Shown: piece by piece, positions 36,135-44,600 of the stretch | How the letters are laid out: the number at the start of each line of letters is the position of its first letter | Numbering within the stretch: position 1 is the first letter of the stretch | From: Candidatus Aenigmatarchaeota archaeon | GTDB lineage: Archaea > Aenigmatarchaeota > Aenigmatarchaeia > CG10238-14 > SCSR01 | Direction: 5' to 3' | Assembly: GCA_038998625.1 (NCBI GenBank) | Contig: JAWADS010000003.1 | Span: forward strand, 1 to 45,612 | DNA: 45,612 nt | Translations under genes and position numbers: made by a program | The notes under the pieces: generated by a model | Seen by the model: the letters and a program-made list of their open reading frames with translations, nothing else | Told to the model about the DNA's origin: nothing | Database searches by the model: none

Positions 36135-36536
36135 TTATTTTTTATTTCTCTTTTGAGTTTTCTTCTCATCCTTTTTAGATTTTTCTTCTTCAATTTTCTT
36201 CTCTTCCTTTTTTACCAAAAATTCTTTAAGTTGAGCTGCAGAGGGTTTCTTCAAACCAAATTTTTTAATTAAGTTTGCCTTTTCATAAGCAGAAATTACT
36301 TCCTCATCACTAGCATCTTCTTTTATATCTAAAACATATTCTAAAGGCTCCAAGTGCATTATGTTACATCTTTTCCTTCTAACTCCTGTCAAAATTTTTG
36401 GGCCTGTTATTAAAACAAAGCTTCCTGATTTCCCTTTTTCTTTAGGAAAATTCTTTATTACTACACAAAGCTTACCTGCCTCACTACCGGCAATTTTCCT
36501 GCAAACTCTTCCTATTTCAAGGGTCAAGGTCATCAC
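36135..36536 (-). CDS. rpl14e: 50S ribosomal protein L14e
   Basis: EIGRVCRKIAGSEAGKLCVV and TGVRRKRCNIMHLEP motifs. Confidence 0.95.
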   Translation of the reverse strand: MMTLTLEIGRVCRKIAGSEAGKLCVVIKNFPKEKGKSGSFVLITGPKILTGVRRKRCNIMHLEPLEYVLDIKEDASDEEVISAYEKANLIKKFGLKKPSAAQLKEFLVKKEEKKIEEEKSKKDEKKTQKRNKK

Positions 36537-36606
36537 TTTACAATTTTGTAATAAATTATAAATTAATTTTAATTATTTATTTTAAACTTTTTTGCCAAGA
36601 AAAAAT

Positions 36607-37083
36607 TTAACTTAATAACTTATTTAGGACCCATCCTATGGCCAGAGAAATAAAAACATACCAATAAACCCAATTTAAGGAAGAACCTATATAAGGCAAA
36701 TTAAAGGGCAGAGCTACAACATAACCAATTTTTTCATATTTAAAATGAAGCCATGGAAAGATTAGAGAAATAACTATAAGAGAAACAAACAATGTTTTAA
36801 TACTGTGTTTCATGAATTGGGTATTTATTTTCATCATCTCATTCAAAAATTTTTCCACTTCACCTTTATTTCCTGCTTGCTGAGCCTTTGTTAAGTTTTC
36901 CCTAATTTCTTCCATCTTATACTTTAGCTCTTTTAGAATATTTTTTCTAAAAATTATTTTATTTAAAGTCAGAATGAGGGAAGTAAGAATTATTGATACT
37001 AAAGTTATGGCTAAATAAGGGGGCAAAGTAGTTATAGGCCCAAGGATTATATCTACAGCAGCTATGATTTGCTGGAAAACCAT
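36607..37083 (-). CDS. EMC3/TMCO1 (DUF106) Oxa1-superfamily membrane insertase
   Basis: TM-coiled coil-TM-TM layout, WVYWY motif and position after secY. Confidence 0.88.
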   Translation of the reverse strand: MVFQQIIAAVDIILGPITTLPPYLAITLVSIILTSLILTLNKIIFRKNILKELKYKMEEIRENLTKAQQAGNKGEVEKFLNEMMKINTQFMKHSIKTLFVSLIVISLIFPWLHFKYEKIGYVVALPFNLPYIGSSLNWVYWYVFISLAIGWVLNKLLS

Positions 37084-37084
37084 T

Positions 37085-38548
37085 TTATCCTCCTAAAATT
37101 TTCCTGATGATTGGATGAGCCTCTTCCAATTTTTGATTTGAAAGTTCTTCATAATAATTATAAATAATCATAACAGTTAAAAGAATTCCTGTGCCTGTGC
37201 CTATGACATCTAAAATATCGGCTGAAGCAGCCAAAAGGCCAACAAGCAAACCGCCTAAAACTGCCAATGGCGGAATATACCTGTTTAAAACAGATTCTAT
37301 AATTCTTGGATCTCTTCTATAACCAGGAATTTGCATTCCTACACTAGATAATTGCTCTGCCACGCTTTTTGCATCCATACCAGCAGTATTAACCCAAAAA
37401 ACAGAAAACATAGTTGCTAAGGCTGTAAGTATGATTAAATAGATTATAGCACGAAGAATTTCAGTTGGCACTAAATTTTGATTTATTATATTGATCAAAA
37501 GGGTTCTTGGGGCAGAAAGATAATAAGCCATACCACTTGTAGGATTTCCTTGCTGATCATAACATCCTAAAGGCCCACATAAAAGGCCAAATTCATTAGG
37601 CTGCAATCCAAACCTTCCCATTAGTTGAATATTAGCAATCATGGCAGCAGCGAGAATAACAGGAATGTTGCTAGTATATAATAATTTCAAGGACCATGTC
37701 CTTCCAAAACCTTTTAGAGCTGCAAAGGCCAAAGGTATATTTATTTTTATGTGCTGGGCGTAAATAACGATGATGAAAATAATTGCTGTGGTAACGATGG
37801 GAAGAAAACTAACTGAAAAGGATGGAAGATCTCCAGCAAAAAGGCTAATAAGGCTAACCCATAAACGACCTGCAGGCGGATTCGTTGTAGAAGGAATGCA
37901 AGATGCTAAATCTAAAGGCTGACAGGTAGTAGCAAATGGAGAAAATATTCCTATAAAAATTTGTGTTGCTACTCCTGCTGCTATAAATAAACTAATTCCG
38001 GAGCCAAATCCCCATTTTGTTACCAAATCATCTAAAAAAATTACAATTATTCCACCTAAAGCTAATTGAAATATTACAAATGCTAAAATTCCTGGTCCTC
38101 CTGTAACTTGTATGGCCCCGGCTAAAACAAAAGCTATGGCTTCTAGGAAAGCAAAAATTATGGCTAATCCTTTATTCCAGCTCTGAAATTTTTTTCTATA
38201 TTCTGGCTTAGTAGTGTCCCATTTTAGGATTTTAGAACCTACAAGCAATTGTAATATAATACCAGCAGTAACTATAGGACCTATTCCTAAAGTCATTAAA
38301 CTACCAAATTTAGATCCCAATACAATTTCAAAAAATCTAAATTGTTGATAGGTCGCAGGAGCTACGCCATAAACAGTTATGTACGATAAAACTATGTAGA
38401 TGATTAAAGCTATACCAGTCCATTTCATCCTAGTGTTAAAACTTTGTCTGTAAGTAGGTTTTTCTACTGAAGGAAACCATCGAGAAATAGAGGAAATTAT
38501 ATCAAATTTTTTCTTTTGAGCTTCTTCCAAATTTTCTTCGCTATTCAA
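37085..38548 (-). CDS. secY: Preprotein translocase subunit SecY
   Basis: SLMTLGIGPIVTAG, GSGISLFIA, YTSNIPVIL, QIPGYRRD and GTGILLTV motifs. Confidence 0.98.
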   Translation of the reverse strand: MNSEENLEEAQKKKFDIISSISRWFPSVEKPTYRQSFNTRMKWTGIALIIYIVLSYITVYGVAPATYQQFRFFEIVLGSKFGSLMTLGIGPIVTAGIILQLLVGSKILKWDTTKPEYRKKFQSWNKGLAIIFAFLEAIAFVLAGAIQVTGGPGILAFVIFQLALGGIIVIFLDDLVTKWGFGSGISLFIAAGVATQIFIGIFSPFATTCQPLDLASCIPSTTNPPAGRLWVSLISLFAGDLPSFSVSFLPIVTTAIIFIIVIYAQHIKINIPLAFAALKGFGRTWSLKLLYTSNIPVILAAAMIANIQLMGRFGLQPNEFGLLCGPLGCYDQQGNPTSGMAYYLSAPRTLLINIINQNLVPTEILRAIIYLIILTALATMFSVFWVNTAGMDAKSVAEQLSSVGMQIPGYRRDPRIIESVLNRYIPPLAVLGGLLVGLLAASADILDVIGTGTGILLTVMIIYNYYEELSNQKLEEAHPIIRKILGG

Positions 38549-38952
38549 ACTTTCACCGCCCTACCACCAGCTTGCTCTATTTTCTTTATGGCAGATTTAG
38601 AAAAATACTTTGCCTTAATTGTCAAAGCTTGAGTTAGCTTGCCTTTGCCTAAAACTTTTTCATATCCCAATTGAGATAAATCAATTTCTTTTAATTTTTC
38701 TTTTTCAGCCAACTTATCAATTTCCTCTAGATTTATTATAGCTGCTTTCTTAGAAACTTCTTTAGGCTTCTTAAAACCTTCTTTACCAAAATGTTCCGGC
38801 TCATATTTTACTGTATAGCTCCATTTATGTTTGTGCATTCCAGCCTTGCCCCTACCTCCTCTACTCCCACCACCACGCCATTTTTTGTGAGAACCATGGT
38901 AAGTTCTATGACCCCTTCTCCACTTTCTTTTACTATGTCTCTTAACCACCAT
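38545..38952 (-). CDS. rpl15: 50S ribosomal protein L15
   Basis: RGGGSRGGRGKAG, KVLGKG and AIKKIEQAGG motifs. Confidence 0.97.
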   Translation of the reverse strand: MVVKRHSKRKWRRGHRTYHGSHKKWRGGGSRGGRGKAGMHKHKWSYTVKYEPEHFGKEGFKKPKEVSKKAAIINLEEIDKLAEKEKLKEIDLSQLGYEKVLGKGKLTQALTIKAKYFSKSAIKKIEQAGGRAVKV

Positions 38953-38957
38953 TTAAA

Positions 38958-39425
38958 TCACATCATCCTCTCTATCAACTCATTTATTTCTTTCCCCCTA
39001 TAACCCAAATCTCCTTTCGGATAATATTCTTTTATTGATTTAAATCCTTTTGAAGGTGGAGTTAACCTAAAAAAAGGTTGTAATTCTTCAAAATCTTTTA
39101 ACTTTATTCTGCCTGCAAGAATTTCTTCAGCAAAATTTTCAAATTTGTCAAAATCTGTAACTTCTTTTAAAATTTTTTCATCTACTCTACTTCCATTTTT
39201 TAATCTTAATCTTTTTTTCAATAATTTCACTAAAGTTTCTTTATCAATTTCCCCCCATGTAACATAATCTTTTACTTTTTCTATCATGCCTTTTATACTA
39301 GGAGAATTTTCCCATAAAGAGCAATGGTTAGCAGAGTTCAACCTAAGCATTTTCAATGTATCATTAACTTCTTTTTTTATCCCCACGCCACCTCTAATCC
39401 TAATCACAGCTAGCATAAATATCAT
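38958..39425 (-). CDS. rpl30: 50S ribosomal protein L30
   Basis: AVIRIRG, KDYVTWGEI, FRLTPP and GDLGYRG motifs. The real start may be ATG 39416. Confidence 0.96.
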   Translation of the reverse strand: MIFMLAVIRIRGGVGIKKEVNDTLKMLRLNSANHCSLWENSPSIKGMIEKVKDYVTWGEIDKETLVKLLKKRLRLKNGSRVDEKILKEVTDFDKFENFAEEILAGRIKLKDFEELQPFFRLTPPSKGFKSIKEYYPKGDLGYRGKEINELIERMM

Positions 39426-39479
39426 TATTATTCATAAAAATTATAAAAAAATTTGATTTTTGATGTTAATTTTTCCTGT

Positions 39480-39526
39480 CTTTTCAAAATTTACTACCAC
39501 TTTTAGGAGTTCTAAATCTATATAAA
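39480..39526. promoter_or_regulatory. 47-bp palindrome copy C (degenerate left arm)
   Basis: ...ACTACCAC TTTTA GGAGTTCTAAATCTATATAAA. Confidence 0.7.
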
Positions 39527-39550
39527 TTTTTCTATTTTTTCCTAGTTTTA

Positions 39551-39597
39551 TTTATAAAGATTTTGTACCACTTTTAGGAGTTCCAACTCCTAAGAGT
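39551..39597. promoter_or_regulatory. 47-bp palindrome copy D (degenerate right arm)
   Basis: TTTATAAAGATTTTGTACCAC TTTTA GGAGTTC... Shares the 18-mer TACCACTTTTAGGAGTTC with copy C. Confidence 0.65.
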
Positions 39598-39622
39598 TGT
39601 ATTTCCAATGCTTTTTAAAGCC

Positions 39623-39669
39623 TTTATATAGATTGCGAACCACTAATGGTGGTTCTAAATCTATATAAA
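39623..39669. promoter_or_regulatory. 47-bp palindrome copy E
   Basis: TTTATATAGATTGCGAACCAC TAATG GTGGTTCTAAATCTATATAAA. Confidence 0.8.
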
Positions 39670-39712
39670 GGAGTAATTTTCCGATTTTTTTCAATTTTTA
39701 AAATCTTTTAGC

Positions 39713-39797
39713 TTTTACAAAGAAGGACCTCGCGCCTATATTCTTTGTTTAATATCTCGCGCGAGGTGGACCGCCCAGTGGAGCGAACCAATAAAAA
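39713..39797 (+). ncRNA. 85-bp GC-rich structured element, copy 2
   Basis: Inverted near-identical copy of 33272-33356, in the same position relative to a palindrome. Strand is inferred. Confidence 0.55.
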
Positions 39798-39817
39798 TCT
39801 CTTAAACTTCTCCCTTT

Positions 39818-40603
39818 TTAACTTGCCATTTTGTCATAAATATTTAACTTCTTAAAAGCATCATAAATAGCAGTAATTAAATTGATTCTCATGCTAGTAT
39901 TACCAAAAGTTTTAACCCAGACATCTTTTATTCCAGCCAATCTAAGAATTTTTTTGCTTTCATCATCTGCCACTATGCCCAAACCTTTTGGGGCTGGGTA
40001 AAGCTCAACTCTAACAGAGCCAGACTTTCCCTTAACTTTATAAGGAATAGAATGGGGCTCATCACATGAGCATTCCCAACTTCCACACCCACGCTTAACT
40101 CTAATTATGTTAAGCTTAGCCTTTTGTATGGCTTTGTTTATTGCATCCCTTGGTTCTGGCGCGACTCCTTTACCTATTCCCACTAAACCATCTTCATTTC
40201 CCACAACGACAAAGGAAGAATAATTAAATCTTCGCCCAGATTTAGTCATTTTTGTAGTTATACGAATAGGAATCCTCTGGACTCCTCCACCCTTTCCAGT
40301 TCTACCACCAATGGTTATTAATTCATTTTTTAAGTTTGGGACAAGCTTATCCACAATTTCAAATTCTTTTATTATTCTTCCAGATTGCAAAATTTCATCT
40401 ATATCAGTAATTTTTCCTTCAAAAACTTCTCTGCCTAATTGGGTCTTGGGCTGCCATTTTTCTAAAGCTTCTTCCTTAACTACATGAATCTCTTCAGGTA
40501 TTTCTTCTATGGGAACTTTTTCTATTTCTTTCACTTCTTCAGCTTCTAAAATTTTTGCTTCATTGCTTTTTTCCTCTCTTGTTTCTTTTTCTATTTCAGC
40601 CAT
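39818..40603 (-). CDS. rps5: 30S ribosomal protein S5
   Basis: WQPKTQLGR, RGCGSWEC and PAPKGLG motifs. Confidence 0.97.
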   Translation of the reverse strand: MAEIEKETREEKSNEAKILEAEEVKEIEKVPIEEIPEEIHVVKEEALEKWQPKTQLGREVFEGKITDIDEILQSGRIIKEFEIVDKLVPNLKNELITIGGRTGKGGGVQRIPIRITTKMTKSGRRFNYSSFVVVGNEDGLVGIGKGVAPEPRDAINKAIQKAKLNIIRVKRGCGSWECSCDEPHSIPYKVKGKSGSVRVELYPAPKGLGIVADDESKKILRLAGIKDVWVKTFGNTSMRINLITAIYDAFKKLNIYDKMAS

Positions 40604-40604
40604 A

Positions 40605-41123
40605 CTACTTACCCATTAAAATTTCTTTTACTCTTTCAAATTCTTTTGGTAAATCTGAGAATTTTTTTAAATAATTTGCTATATGTTTGCCAGAAATCCT
40701 ATCTTCACTGGGAAGCATAGATTCGTCCACAGAAATTTTCAACCCAGCATCTATAGCGCCCTTAACTACAGCATAAATCCTTGACCCTTTTGTAGAAGTA
40801 TATAAGCCCGCATCTAAAACAGCTTCATCAATTCCCTTTTCCTTCGCTTTTTTCCCCATCATTAAGCCAGTTAAATATGCAGAAGGCAAGTTGTCTGTGG
40901 CAAAATTCCAGTTAAATTTTTTGAGCCCATAACTTGAAGCAGAGGCAATGGTTCTATCTCCTTTTTTATCAAATATTACAATTTGGGCCTTTATGTATTT
41001 TAGACTTCTTCTCACCACGAGCCTTGGTTTTTTAGATTTTAATAATTCCAGTCTTTGTTTATAATCGGTTTTACCTTCCCTTCTTCTCCTAAAAGGCATT
41101 TTTGTTGTTGGCAATAATTTCAT
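40605..41123 (-). CDS. rpl18: 50S ribosomal protein L18
   Basis: FRRRREGKTDY, RLVVR and SAYLTG motifs. Confidence 0.97.
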   Translation of the reverse strand: MKLLPTTKMPFRRRREGKTDYKQRLELLKSKKPRLVVRRSLKYIKAQIVIFDKKGDRTIASASSYGLKKFNWNFATDNLPSAYLTGLMMGKKAKEKGIDEAVLDAGLYTSTKGSRIYAVVKGAIDAGLKISVDESMLPSEDRISGKHIANYLKKFSDLPKEFERVKEILMGK

Positions 41124-41127
41124 AACA

Positions 41128-41559
41128 TCACTCTTTCTTTAACAATCCATGTTGCTCCATATAAATCTTTAAATGGGATTTACTTCTAAAGGCTCCTCCC
41201 TTCACCAAGCGATATAACCTTTTAAAAGTAGTATTATCAATTTGTTTAGTTGCCTTTAATTTTTTCAAATATTCTCTTAAGGCCCGTACAGTTTGAATCC
41301 ATTTCCTTTTGGCTGGAATTATTGAATGCTTTTTGCCTTTTCTACTTCCTTCCCCCCTTTTACTTTTTTTACTAGTTTTAACTTTAATTTTTTCTGGTAA
41401 TTTCTTTATCCAACCCTTCAAAATGGCTCTTCTCACATCTGCATAAGTTATGGCTTTTTCTATTTCTTTTATTTTGCTTGGATCTAACCAAACTCTGCTT
41501 TGCCCAACTTTTAGAATTCTTGCAGCCAATCTTTTCTGTAGGCTTGTCATAATTACCAT
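41128..41559 (-). CDS. rpl19e: 50S ribosomal protein L19e
   Basis: QKRLAARILKVGQSRVWLDP and GEGSRKG motifs. Confidence 0.97.
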   Translation of the reverse strand: MVIMTSLQKRLAARILKVGQSRVWLDPSKIKEIEKAITYADVRRAILKGWIKKLPEKIKVKTSKKSKRGEGSRKGKKHSIIPAKRKWIQTVRALREYLKKLKATKQIDNTTFKRLYRLVKGGAFRSKSHLKIYMEQHGLLKKE

Positions 41560-41570
41560 TATTTAGAAGA

Positions 41571-42212
41571 TTGAATTTAAAAGATTTGTCTTCCAACATT
41601 AAAATTAGAAAAAAATACGAATTTAATCTTTTAGATGAGGCTATGACACTTCGGTATTTAACAGTAGATGAAGCAAGAAATGAGGAACAATTTAAAGATG
41701 CGCCTTTGTTAGATACAATGATATTATTACCTTCGCTTGAAGGAAAAACTAACTTAAGAGAAGAAATACCAAATCTTCGAATAGGAATTTCCTTGCAAAA
41801 AGGATGGATTAGAAGTGTAGCGATAACTTCTAAAATTTATAATGAACTTTGCTCTGTCACTTGCCGAAATATGGAAAAGTTTCGAATGTTGGAAAAATTC
41901 GATAAATGGGTAAATGCAATCGAAGAATCGAGATGTGATTTTTATGTAATAGAGATGAATAATTTAAAGTATTATATTAAAGATTTTCCATTTCTAAATA
42001 GCTATAAATTTCATAAGGGCGAATTATCTTTGCTTATTTTATCCTTTCTTACAGGTGCACATACTATAGTTTCAGATGATAAAATGCTTCATTACTGCCA
42101 TAACAGTCTTTCATCAGAATTCAGAAATATTTGGGGCAACGAGTTAAAAATAATGCATGGTAGAACATTTTATAAGAGAAAAGGATTAGAAAAAAATTTT
42201 TTATACATTTAA
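41571..42212 (+). CDS. PIN-domain-like putative ribonuclease, antisense in ribosomal cluster
   Basis: LLDTMIL, HKGELSLL and IVSDDK acidic motifs in PIN order. Start is TTG and uncertain. Confidence 0.6.
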   Translation: MNLKDLSSNIKIRKKYEFNLLDEAMTLRYLTVDEARNEEQFKDAPLLDTMILLPSLEGKTNLREEIPNLRIGISLQKGWIRSVAITSKIYNELCSVTCRNMEKFRMLEKFDKWVNAIEESRCDFYVIEMNNLKYYIKDFPFLNSYKFHKGELSLLILSFLTGAHTIVSDDKMLHYCHNSLSSEFRNIWGNELKIMHGRTFYKRKGLEKNFLYI

Positions 42213-42542
42213 AACTTTTATTTTCAATTCTTCTGCTTTTTTTAAAATCTCAGCCCTTTTTTTCTTTCCAACAGTATGGGCAATCTTTATCGCTTCTTTT
42301 TCAGGATTAATTTTTTCCAAATCCTTTAAGTTTCTGACTAAAACTTCTCTAAAACCAGAAGGATGCAAATATCTCAAATTTTTTGGTGCCCTATAACCAA
42401 TGGAAGGCATTTTAATTTTCGATTTTTCTTTAATTCTAATTTTAGAATGAATGCCCCTAGGCCTACGCCAAGAAGATTTTAACCTTTTATAAGTCTGGCT
42501 CAACCATCTTTTAAACTCAGGTTTTTTTCTTGGGTTAACCAT
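42201..42542 (-). CDS. rpl32e: 50S ribosomal protein L32e
   Basis: WRRPRGIHSK and LHPSGFREVLV motifs. Confidence 0.97.
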   Translation of the reverse strand: MVNPRKKPEFKRWLSQTYKRLKSSWRRPRGIHSKIRIKEKSKIKMPSIGYRAPKNLRYLHPSGFREVLVRNLKDLEKINPEKEAIKIAHTVGKKKRAEILKKAEELKIKVLNV

Positions 42543-42870
42543 GGTCTATACCTTTGAATAACTCCTCTAGTCTATTAGATATTTCATTTGTCTCAATCCT
42601 ATTTATATAACGCGAAACAGCAACATCACATTGTTCATGAAAAAGACTAATCCAACAATACACTCGAACGAAAATGTAATTATTTTCATAAGGAAAAGAA
42701 AACCGAATAAATTCAGATTTTTTATTATATAGTGCTCTTATTCTATGCCTCTTCAAATGGGCAATAATATCTTCAGCTAGCATACCATATAGCCCATGAA
42801 ATTCTGCTATTTCTTCTAATTTTTCTTTCAAAGCATTGTTGTACAATAAATTTTTCGGCACCTCAATCAC
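42535..42870 (-). CDS. Hypothetical protein inserted in ribosomal cluster
   Basis: Overlaps both neighbours by 8 nt. No recognised motif. Confidence 0.65.
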   Translation of the reverse strand: MIEVPKNLLYNNALKEKLEEIAEFHGLYGMLAEDIIAHLKRHRIRALYNKKSEFIRFSFPYENNYIFVRVYCWISLFHEQCDVAVSRYINRIETNEISNRLEELFKGIDHG

Positions 42871-43282
42871 TTTTTTTCAATAAATCCTTAATCATTTTCT
42901 TATGGTCTGATTTACTCCCAAAATATTTAAATATTTCCTTATTTATTTCATACCAATTAACTTCACCTTCTTTTGAACTTTTTAATTTTCCTTTTATAGG
43001 CTCTGCAACGAATGCAATGCTAACTACATGCCCCCTCGGATCCCTTTTTGGATTGGAATATACTCCTAAAAGCTTTTTTATTTTAACATTCAATCCTGTT
43101 TCTTCTTTAGCTTCTCTTATTGCAGCTTGTTCCACAGTTTCGCCCCATTCAACAAAGCCACCAGGTAAAGATAATTTTCCTTTCCAAGGATTTTTATTCC
43201 TTCTTATCAGAACAATTTTTTTATTTTTTACAATCAGAACATCTACAGCAAGATAAGGGTTTCTTTGCTTAGGTAATTTCAC
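42863..43282 (-). CDS. NUDIX hydrolase (ADP-ribose pyrophosphatase-like)
   Basis: Nudix box LPGGFVEWGETVEQAAIREAKEETGL and RDPRGH. Confidence 0.95.
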   Translation of the reverse strand: MKLPKQRNPYLAVDVLIVKNKKIVLIRRNKNPWKGKLSLPGGFVEWGETVEQAAIREAKEETGLNVKIKKLLGVYSNPKRDPRGHVVSIAFVAEPIKGKLKSSKEGEVNWYEINKEIFKYFGSKSDHKKMIKDLLKKSD

Positions 43283-43810
43283 TCATTCACCTTTGCTGAC
43301 TATAAATATTCCATCAGGAAATCTTCTTCTATCATATCCAACAATTCTCGTAGCTTGTTCTATGTTTGCAGCTGTTTGACTAACCTTTTCTAAATCGATT
43401 CCGCTAACAGTTATTTCTTGTCCAGAAACTTTTACTTCAGTATTGCCAACAATTTTAGCAATCCTAGCTGTCCTCTCACCAAGAAAATTTTGAATCAATA
43501 CTTTATCCCCTTCAACTTTAACAGTGATAGGAAAATGAGAAAAAACAACTTTTAGTCTATACGTAAAACCTTTTGTTACTCCTTCAAAAAGATTCTTTAT
43601 GTGGGCTGCTATAGTTCCAATTAATGCTTTTACATCACGTCTTTCGCTTTCAGAAAAAACCTTTATTTTATTATCAACTTTTTCCATTTTCACTTCCTTA
43701 GTTAATTGAAAGCTTTTTTCTAAAGTTCCTTTAGGGCCAGAAACTTTAATTTTATTTTCCAATAATTCTGCGCCAACTCCTTCAGGAATTTCAATTTCTT
43801 TAGAATACAT
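43283..43810 (-). CDS. rpl6: 50S ribosomal protein L6
   Basis: VSGPKG, SHFPI, NFLGE, QTAANIEQ and DRRRFPDGIF motifs. Confidence 0.97.
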   Translation of the reverse strand: MYSKEIEIPEGVGAELLENKIKVSGPKGTLEKSFQLTKEVKMEKVDNKIKVFSESERRDVKALIGTIAAHIKNLFEGVTKGFTYRLKVVFSHFPITVKVEGDKVLIQNFLGERTARIAKIVGNTEVKVSGQEITVSGIDLEKVSQTAANIEQATRIVGYDRRRFPDGIFIVSKGE

Positions 43811-43820
43811 AGTCCAGCCC

Positions 43821-44210
43821 CTAATAACAATATGCCAGCAATTTTCCTCCTAAATGTTTTCCTTGAGCCTTTCTGTGGTCCATTACCCCTTTGCTAGTAG
43901 AAACAATTAATATTCCGATTTTTCTTGCAGGAAGAAAACGTTTTTCAAATTTTTCGTATTCATCCAGCTTAACTGAAAATCTTGGTTTGATCACATTGCA
44001 ATCAATAATTTTTCCCTTTAATTCAATTTTAAACAAACCTCCCCTACCATCTTCAATATACTCATAAGGTCCTATATAATCATGGCTCTGCAAAACCTTC
44101 AAAACATTTTTCACTAGTTTAGAAGCTTTAGTAAAACATTCTTTTTTTCCATCTCTTTCTGCATTTTTTATGCTACTTAAGGCATCTGCAAGAAGATCAT
44201 GCCTTACCAT
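43821..44210 (-). CDS. rps8: 30S ribosomal protein S8
   Basis: [25 protein letters not shown] and STSKGVM motifs. Confidence 0.97.
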   Translation of the reverse strand: MVRHDLLADALSSIKNAERDGKKECFTKASKLVKNVLKVLQSHDYIGPYEYIEDGRGGLFKIELKGKIIDCNVIKPRFSVKLDEYEKFEKRFLPARKIGILIVSTSKGVMDHRKAQGKHLGGKLLAYCY

Positions 44211-44259
44211 AATAATCTATACAATAGTAAAGGGAAATTATAATTTAAAAGGTTTAAGA

Positions 44260-44332
44260 TGCGCCGAGCGGGATTTGAACCCGCGCTCCAAGCTTGGAAG
44301 GCTTGTGTCCTACCAGGCTAGACGATCGGCGC
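44260..44332 (-). tRNA. tRNA-Gly(TCC)
   Basis: GCGCCGA/TCGGCGC acceptor stem, CAAGC-CTTCCAA-GCTTG anticodon arm and GGTTCAAATCC. CCA is not encoded. Confidence 0.97.
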
Positions 44333-44373
44333 TTTCTTTTTAAACATATATATTGCTACACTTACTTTAAAAT

Positions 44374-44529
44374 ATGGCTGAAGAATTAATTAAAAGGTTT
44401 TTGAAAAGGCTGAAGAAAAGAATGCCATGGATTAATACAGAAAGAATTGAAAAAGATCTAATACCTTTAAGGCCCGAAGAGCATTTGCAGCCGAAGTTAG
44501 CTAAAAAGAAAAAATTTAAAATTAAGTAA
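44374..44529 (+). CDS. Putative 51-aa basic microprotein
   Basis: Manual translation: MAEELIKRFLKRLKKRMPWINTERIEKDLIPLRPEEHLQPKLAKKKKFKIK. ATATATA box about 20 nt upstream; purine-rich, coding-like composition. Confidence 0.5.
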   Translation: MAEELIKRFLKRLKKRMPWINTERIEKDLIPLRPEEHLQPKLAKKKKFKIK

Positions 44530-44600
44530 TAACACTTTAGAATTCAATAGCCCTTAAGCATATAGAAGAGATTTAAAATTTTTTATCCAATTGTTATAGT

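Noticed and set aside
39480-39669. CRISPR mini-array (three repeats at about 71-bp spacing)
   Set aside because: Units are 47-bp degenerate palindromes that also occur singly elsewhere, the gaps are only about 24 nt and AT-rich, and no cas genes are present.
39713-39797. HDV-like ribozyme
   Set aside because: A P1'-GG-hairpin order is present, but there is no P3/L3 with the CC needed for P1.1 and no convincing P2.
88-43256. Many antisense or nested ORFs in the track (e.g. 732-992, 15579-16043, 22625-23011, 24896-25099, 27298-27585, 32230-32613, 32979-33320, 41384-41599)
   Set aside because: They overlap well-supported genes and show Phe/Ser/Leu-rich shadow composition with no motifs.
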